From Polyangiaceae bacterium (GTDB lineage Bacteria > Myxococcota_A > Polyangia > Polyangiales > Polyangiaceae): a DNA stretch of 64,000 bases. The notes beneath the pieces are model-generated. The model was given only the letters and a program-made list of their open reading frames with translations. It was not told where the DNA came from and did no database searches. This document shows, piece after piece, positions 58,299-64,000 of the stretch; within the stretch, counting starts at the first letter, position 1; every line of letters starts with the position of its first letter. A program made the translations under genes and the position numbers. Where the stretch lies: contig JBILLK010000033.1 in the NCBI GenBank assembly GCA_044376115.1, forward strand, positions 1-64,000, given 5' to 3'.

Positions 58299-59264
58299 TT
58301 ACTCGCCGGCCGTGCCCTTTTGTCCCTGGCACTCATCACCCTTGTTCCCAACCACGGTTCCACACGACTGAGTGGCGCGAGTGACCTCAACCTTACCGTC
58401 TGAGACGATCGGGTCATCCGCCTTGACGCAGTACTTGCCCGTCAGCTGCTGATCACCAAGGTCGAGGAACGGCCTAACCTCTGCACACTGGAAGCCATCC
58501 GGGCACTCACAGAAGTTGAAGTTGTCGTCCGCCGGCGCCCCTTCCGCGACGCCGCAGCGGCACGAGCAATAAACTGCGTTCTCCGCATTGCGCAGGTTCT
58601 CCGCATCACATTGGCCACAGACCTCTGCGGCAACGGGCGTATCCGTCCCGGGGATGCAACAATCCTTGTCTAGGTTCTCCTCGACAGAGAGCGTTCCGTC
58701 CTGGCAGTTGCCGGGCTTGTGACAAACGAACAGGCGGCACTGCTTGGTGTCCGCGTCGCAGCTGTACCCAGTGGGGCAGGAGTTGTCGCTGCATTGACAG
58801 AATCCCTCAGGATCACAAGCAGTTCCAAGCGCCTCGCAAGCAGTGTCATCGGAACAAGCGGGCGCAAACACGTCGGATTCGACACACTTCTCACCCTCGC
58901 CAGCGCAAGACGCGTCGGGGCCTGCACAAGGCTCCTTCGCTGACTGTCCAGCGGGACAACTGACCCTTCCTTGGAAGAAGTTCACGAGACAAATACGAGA
59001 CTCGCACTGGAAACTGCGAGATTCGATGTTCTCCTGCGTCAGTTGAAAGCCCGCAAACGTACCCCGGTATTCGTCCTCCGGCGTACAAGGATCACCAATC
59101 CCCCCTGTTTGGCAGGAGCTTGGAAGTGCCGCGGCGGCGGAAATCGCGCCGATTGCCAACGAAGCCTTGAGGAGTTTGCTCCCCCACGCGAACTGCGAAA
59201 CCTCCCCACGCGCAGGAAGTGAACTGCCAGATCGAGTGGAGACCATACCTTCTTCTCGCGTCAT
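58299..59264 (-). CDS. Cys-rich lipoprotein, CglC/GltK-like
   Basis: Lipobox PSSC; GDPC, CESRICL, YCSCRC, YC pattern resembling GltK; divergent from gltC. Confidence 0.65.
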   Translation of the reverse strand: MTREEGMVSTRSGSSLPARGEVSQFAWGSKLLKASLAIGAISAAAALPSSCQTGGIGDPCTPEDEYRGTFAGFQLTQENIESRSFQCESRICLVNFFQGRVSCPAGQSAKEPCAGPDASCAGEGEKCVESDVFAPACSDDTACEALGTACDPEGFCQCSDNSCPTGYSCDADTKQCRLFVCHKPGNCQDGTLSVEENLDKDCCIPGTDTPVAAEVCGQCDAENLRNAENAVYCSCRCGVAEGAPADDNFNFCECPDGFQCAEVRPFLDLGDQQLTGKYCVKADDPIVSDGKVEVTRATQSCGTVVGNKGDECQGQKGTAGE

Positions 59265-59820
59265 GTTGCGTGCAAGCTCCTTCGTCGCCGAATGGCGCAG
59301 GCTCTCACTTCAGTTTTATGCAGGGAAGGCCCTGCCAATGCGTTCAAAGCCCCTGAATCATCAGGAAAATCGCCACCCAACGGGCGGCTCTCAAACCAAC
59401 AAGCATGCAAAGAGGACGGGACTGTACCCAATCGTCCTTCATAGCGTCAACCATCAATCCCGTTCCTTTGTAGCGGACCTCGAGAGCGTCATGTGGTTCT
59501 ATGTGTGCAGCGACCTGGGTAATCTCCAGGCGCTCGACTTGCTTCAAACTGGCGGTTTTCGGCGTTGACACGACGTTTCCCCGGTGGGTACCATCCGCCG
59601 TCGCTACGGTTAGCTTTGTTGCAATCTTTAGTGGTTTCAAGCTCTTAGTAATTGGCTGCGCGAGGGTCTCATCCGGCCCGCGAGTTCGGCTTAGCGGTCA
59701 CCCTATCTCCCCTCGGAGTTCTGGGCCGCCGTCAAGCCTCTGGGCCTCGGCACACGACAGGGTCAAAACCAAAGGCCCGCCGGTTGTTCTCCAACTCTCG
59801 AAACGTTGAGGATATTGACG

Positions 59821-61572
59821 ATGCGAAAACGTTCCTTCGGCTGGGCCTCGTTGGCCTCCGCTCTCTTGGTGGTCGGCTCCAGCCTCGTTGGCCCGGGCTC
59901 CGCGCCGAATTGGCTTTCGGTGGGCGCACGTGACGCCCAGGCTCAGCCGAAAAAAGCTGAAGTGATCGACCTCGATGCTGACGAGGGTAAGGAAGAGGGC
60001 AAGACGGATGCCCCGCCGGGTGAGCCGCCGGCCATCGGCACGATGACTGAAGAGGCCGCCCAAGCGAAGCGGCTGTTCGACAAGGCCCAGTGGGAGGATG
60101 CGGCGCTCGCTCTTCGCCGCGTAACCGGTGGCGAAACCGGGGACGATGAAGGCAACAAGCAGATCGCCCAGTACCATCTGGCAATCGCGCTCTTCAACCT
60201 GAAGTTCTACCAAGCCAGCTACTCAATCTTCTCCGACATCGCTGGCAACAAGGCGCACCACAAGTTCAACGAAACGCTGCTTTGGCTGGCAAAGCTCGCG
60301 ACTCAATTGCCTGAGCCCGCCGACATTGTCGAGCGAGTGGGAAAGTACGACGACGAGGCGCTGAAAGGCTTCAACAACCCAAACCAGCAAAACCTCTACT
60401 GGCAGCTCTCTTATCTCTTGGGCCGTTATCGCTACCGCGCTCGCAGTTATGACGAGGCCATCACGCTATTCAAGCAGGTGGACAAGCGCTCGCCCTACTA
60501 CGTTCAAGCGCAGTTTTTCCAAGGCATCACTCACGTTCAAAAGCGGGAATCGATCCCCGCAGTGAAGGCCTTCCAAAACATCATCGACACTCTTCCCGAT
60601 GCAGAAGGGGTTGATGACAAGGCGCGTATGCAAGACTTGGCGCACTTGTCGATGGCCCGTACGTACTACTCCGCGTCGGTGCGTTTGGATGACAGCGGTA
60701 TCCCCAAGATTGACCCGAAGAAACTATCGGCCGCAGTCAAATATTGGAACCGGGTGGACGTCGCGAGTGAGTACTGGCTCGACGCGCTCTTCGAGGGGTC
60801 CTGGGCCTACTTCATGGCTGGCGATTACCCTCACGCACTCGGCAACATTCACACGCTTGAGTCGCCATTCTTTCCCAACTCCTTCTACCCGGAGGCAGAG
60901 ATCTTGAAGGCGGTTATCGCCTTTACGATCTGTCAGTACGAGGACGCGACCACGATCGTTGCCCGCATGAAAGAGCGGTACGAGCCAATCCGCAAGGAGC
61001 TCGACGGCATTCTCGATAAGTACAAGGACGACGAATCAGGTCAGCAGTTCTTCTCGTTCATGAAGGAGGTTCGTGAGGGCAAGGCAAAGTTGTCGCCCAC
61101 CGTCAAGCCGATCGTTGAGAACGCGCTCTCGGATCGCCAGCTACTGCGCAACATCGAGTACGTGAAGCTACTCGACCAGGAGGCAACCCTGTTCAAGTCG
61201 AAGAACGCGGCTTTCCAGAGTTCAGACTTGGGAGCCGACATCACCGACGCGCTCGACTTGGCTCGCGAACTCGCCGTTCGTAACGCTGGTACGCTCGCGA
61301 GGGACCGCTACACGCGCTACCTCGACGAGTTGAACGAGCATCTTCGCAACGCACAAAAGATCCTCATCGACATCGTGAACGCTGAGCGCAACAAGCTCGA
61401 TGAGAAGGTGATTAAGGGTCAGATCGGAAAAGAAGAGACGGACGTTTACGGCGTGGTCTCGCCTGATGAAGAGCACGTGCTTTGGCCGTTTGATGGCGAG
61501 TACTGGCGCGACGAACTCGGGTTCTACCGTCAGGTCGTTGTTTCTAAGTGTGGTGGCGGACCGAAGAAGTAA
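59821..61572 (+). CDS. gltC: gliding motility TPR protein GltC-like
   Basis: TPRs; WLDALFE.SWA, ALGNIHTL.SPFF...YPEA.IL, C-terminal WPFDGEYWRDELG.Y...C. Confidence 0.85.
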   Translation: MRKRSFGWASLASALLVVGSSLVGPGSAPNWLSVGARDAQAQPKKAEVIDLDADEGKEEGKTDAPPGEPPAIGTMTEEAAQAKRLFDKAQWEDAALALRRVTGGETGDDEGNKQIAQYHLAIALFNLKFYQASYSIFSDIAGNKAHHKFNETLLWLAKLATQLPEPADIVERVGKYDDEALKGFNNPNQQNLYWQLSYLLGRYRYRARSYDEAITLFKQVDKRSPYYVQAQFFQGITHVQKRESIPAVKAFQNIIDTLPDAEGVDDKARMQDLAHLSMARTYYSASVRLDDSGIPKIDPKKLSAAVKYWNRVDVASEYWLDALFEGSWAYFMAGDYPHALGNIHTLESPFFPNSFYPEAEILKAVIAFTICQYEDATTIVARMKERYEPIRKELDGILDKYKDDESGQQFFSFMKEVREGKAKLSPTVKPIVENALSDRQLLRNIEYVKLLDQEATLFKSKNAAFQSSDLGADITDALDLARELAVRNAGTLARDRYTRYLDELNEHLRNAQKILIDIVNAERNKLDEKVIKGQIGKEETDVYGVVSPDEEHVLWPFDGEYWRDELGFYRQVVVSKCGGGPKK

Positions 61573-61721
61573 CTTTTAGTAGCACTCGCTCGCGGGATGC
61601 CTCCCGGCGAAAAGTGCCATGCTCGAGATGGGGAGCCCAGGCTCCCCCTCGGAACTGACTTCACAGAAGGTTGGATCCAAGGGCGACGCCCCTCTGCGCG
61701 TCTGAGGTACGGAGACGAATC

Positions 61722-64000
61722 ATGAACCAGCGTAGATTCGGAGCGAGAGCTCTTCGATTGGCGGCGGCCGTGTGCACCGTCGCGGTTTCAGGGGTGGGCC
61801 TTGGCGACGCCAGCGCTCAGGAGTGTATCTCAGCCGCGGCCAAACAGGCTCTCTCCGAGTGCCCCTCGGGCACCCTGAAAGCCTCTGCGGCGAAGAAGCC
61901 AGAGGTGAGTTTTTCAACCGCGCCACCAGGCCCTAGCCTGAAGAAGCGCGATGATATGACGAAGCCGACAAACCCGACCGACATCGCGGCGGCAGCTCAA
62001 CGAGACGAGCGCCAAGCCAAGATGCAAAAGAAGACTCGGCAACTGCTTGTTACCGAGATTCAGGGCTTGGAGACGCTGTTTGCGGATACCAAGAAGAATT
62101 CTCCCGACCGCCCGAAATTGGCGAGGCGCCTCGCCGAGGGCTACGTCGAGTTGGAAGCGGCTGCTTTCCGCGACCAAACTGAAGCAGACATCAAAGCGCA
62201 AGATGCAAATCGGAAGAAGGATTCGGACGGAGCCAAAGCTGCTACGGAGCAGGCTGCAAAGGCCAAGCAGGTCGTCGCAACTGCGCGCAAGAGTGCGATC
62301 AAGTACTACACCTTGGTGAAGGACCAGTACCCGAAGTGGTGCCAAACTCCGAACGCCCAGGACGCATCAAAGAGCAGCGGTTGTGGTGACGAGGTTCTCT
62401 ACTACCTCGCTTACGAGTACGAACAGGCCAAGGACCTCGTTAAGGCTCGCGAGATCTATTACGAGCTCGTCAACAACTGGAAGACCTCCAAGTATCGTCC
62501 GAACGCGTACTTGGCCTTCGGCGAGCTGTATTTCCAAGAAGCGCAGAGTGACCCTTCAGTGTGGGCAGCCGCAGAGGCTGCATACACTCAGGTTATTGGC
62601 GCACCGCCCCCCGATAACAAGGTCTACGGTTACGCGCTCTACAAGCTCGGCTACGTCTACTGGAACCAGGGCGAGTACGAAAAGTCGGTCGATGCCTTCA
62701 AGAAGGTCATCGACTACGGAACAAAATTCTCGCAGCTCCCCAACGCAAGTCAGCTAGCAACGTCTGCGCGGCGAGATGTCATTCCGGTCTATGCACTTTG
62801 GGGCGATCCGAAGAAGGCCTACAATTTCTTCAAGCCGCTTTCGGGAGACGCAGGCGGCGAGAACGACAAGACCTTCAAGATGATGGATGAACTCGGTATC
62901 AACTACCTTGATACTGGTCACTACGATGAAGGAATTGCGCTCTACACCGACCTTATGGGGCGGGATAAGGGCCCGAAGTGGTGCGAGTACCACGGCCATA
63001 TTGCTGAAGCCACGTTGGCCAAAAAGTCTGGTGACAAGGACGCGATCGTCAAAGTCATCGGCCGGCAATTCGACGTTCAGAAGGAGTTTGCCGGCGGAAG
63101 TTCTGCTGCAGACGCCAAAACGAAGTGCGGTAACATTACCGCGGAGATCGCAGCAGAAACTGCGATGGCGTGGCATCTGGAGGCCGTTGGCTCTGGCGGC
63201 GTTCGCGGGACCAGCGATCCCAAGACCATGAAAGCGGCAGCTGACCTCTACCAACAGGTAGTTGGCACGTTCACGCAAGCCGACTTTGGCAAGTTCACCT
63301 TCCCACGCATTGTGAAGGAAGACTGGCCGGACATCATGAAGATCAAATACGCGATGGCCGACCTTCTCTACTTCCAGAAGGATTGGGAAAAGTGCGGACC
63401 TGCTTTCGACTCCGTCGTCGCCGAGGACCCCAAGGGACCGAACGCCGCGGAGGCCGCTTTTGCGGCCGTGCTCTGTTACCAGAACATCTATACGGAGCGC
63501 CACAAGGGTGGCGAGGATCGCAAGGGCACCGGCAATCTTCCTGGCGACGAGAAGAAGAAGACCGCGGCACAGACTCAGGCGGATAAGGAGAAGTACAAGC
63601 CGAAGGACTTCACGCCCGACCAAAAGGGAATGCTCACGGCTTTCAACCGCTACGTCTGCTACATCCAGCCGGACAAGAGCAACAAGGAAGCCTTCGACCA
63701 GTTCGTCGAGGTGAAGTTTGCTCGTGCTCGAACCTACTTCGAGTCACGGCACTGGGAAGAAGCGGCTATCGGCTTCCGCGACGTGGCGATGAACTACTCC
63801 GACCGAGAGGTTGGGATCTTCTCGGCGCAGCTCTACCTTGAGTCACTCAACATCGTTGGTTCTCACTCCGATCCGCCGCGTTCAAGTTGCTATGAGGACA
63901 TGGGAAAGGACGTTCCCGAGTTCATCAAGCTGTACTGCGATGGTGCTAAGAAGCAGCAGAACGAGGAGCAATGCGGCATTCTGTTCCGCATCCAGCGCGA
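61722..64000 (+). CDS. gltD: gliding motility TPR protein GltD/AgmU-like (partial, runs off the window; missing from the ORF track)
   Basis: Hand translation MNQRRFGARALRLAAAV... with DEVLYYLA, PNAYLAFGELYF, VYGYALYKLG.V.WN.GEYE, ARRDVIPVYA, matching AgmU motifs; GGAG SD. Confidence 0.85.
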   Translation, partial: MNQRRFGARALRLAAAVCTVAVSGVGLGDASAQECISAAAKQALSECPSGTLKASAAKKPEVSFSTAPPGPSLKKRDDMTKPTNPTDIAAAAQRDERQAKMQKKTRQLLVTEIQGLETLFADTKKNSPDRPKLARRLAEGYVELEAAAFRDQTEADIKAQDANRKKDSDGAKAATEQAAKAKQVVATARKSAIKYYTLVKDQYPKWCQTPNAQDASKSSGCGDEVLYYLAYEYEQAKDLVKAREIYYELVNNWKTSKYRPNAYLAFGELYFQEAQSDPSVWAAAEAAYTQVIGAPPPDNKVYGYALYKLGYVYWNQGEYEKSVDAFKKVIDYGTKFSQLPNASQLATSARRDVIPVYALWGDPKKAYNFFKPLSGDAGGENDKTFKMMDELGINYLDTGHYDEGIALYTDLMGRDKGPKWCEYHGHIAEATLAKKSGDKDAIVKVIGRQFDVQKEFAGGSSAADAKTKCGNITAEIAAETAMAWHLEAVGSGGVRGTSDPKTMKAAADLYQQVVGTFTQADFGKFTFPRIVKEDWPDIMKIKYAMADLLYFQKDWEKCGPAFDSVVAEDPKGPNAAEAAFAAVLCYQNIYTERHKGGEDRKGTGNLPGDEKKKTAAQTQADKEKYKPKDFTPDQKGMLTAFNRYVCYIQPDKSNKEAFDQFVEVKFARARTYFESRHWEEAAIGFRDVAMNYSDREVGIFSAQLYLESLNIVGSHSDPPRSSCYEDMGKDVPEFIKLYCDGAKKQQNEEQCGILFRIQR

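Noticed and set aside
61630..61647. ggggagc-ccag-gctcccc hairpin between gltC and gltD as a terminator
   Set aside because: No U-tract; more likely an intra-operon stability or processing hairpin, and unsupported beyond that.
61914..63714. Short ORFs listed in the track in this interval
   Set aside because: All are shadows of the long open frame from ATG 61722 (gltD-like) that lacks a stop inside the window.

Overview
High-GC window from a myxobacterium, most likely Polyangiaceae/Sorangiineae (inferred from DUF4215 Cys-rich repeats, TPR-PEGA proteins, Ser/Thr kinases, a kinase-sigma54 activator and Glt gliding genes). All family calls come from motif recognition by eye; no searches were run. 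The left ~37 kb is accessory-like. It contains the end of an IS256 element that truncates a subtilisin (S8) gene, palindromic repeats, many lipoproteins, regulators, oxidoreductases, recQ, map and a fused dacB. The right ~27 kb is more core-like: ctaB/SCO, a kinase-GAF-sigma54 activator, a porin plus 13-heme cytochrome cluster, gltB/gltA, ftsY, yraN, a gltK-like gene, gltC and a gltD that runs off the window and is absent from the ORF track. Best candidate for a new system: a PlpX-like radical SAM/SPASM 'splicease' (3398-4648) directly downstream of a 241-aa protein with a Zn-ribbon leader, lipobox, Ser/Thr/Ala linker, a single P-I-Y-G motif and an OmpA-C-like domain. This suggests a cell-envelope lipoprotein, not a small peptide, receiving an alpha-keto-beta-amino acid. 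Second candidate: a putative porin-multiheme cytochrome conduit (44839-49429). Also notable are a barrel-less POTRA lipoprotein paired with a SurA-N protein, and a recurring TANNNT-N6-8-start (leaderless-type) signature. No rRNA, tRNA or CRISPR array was recognised.
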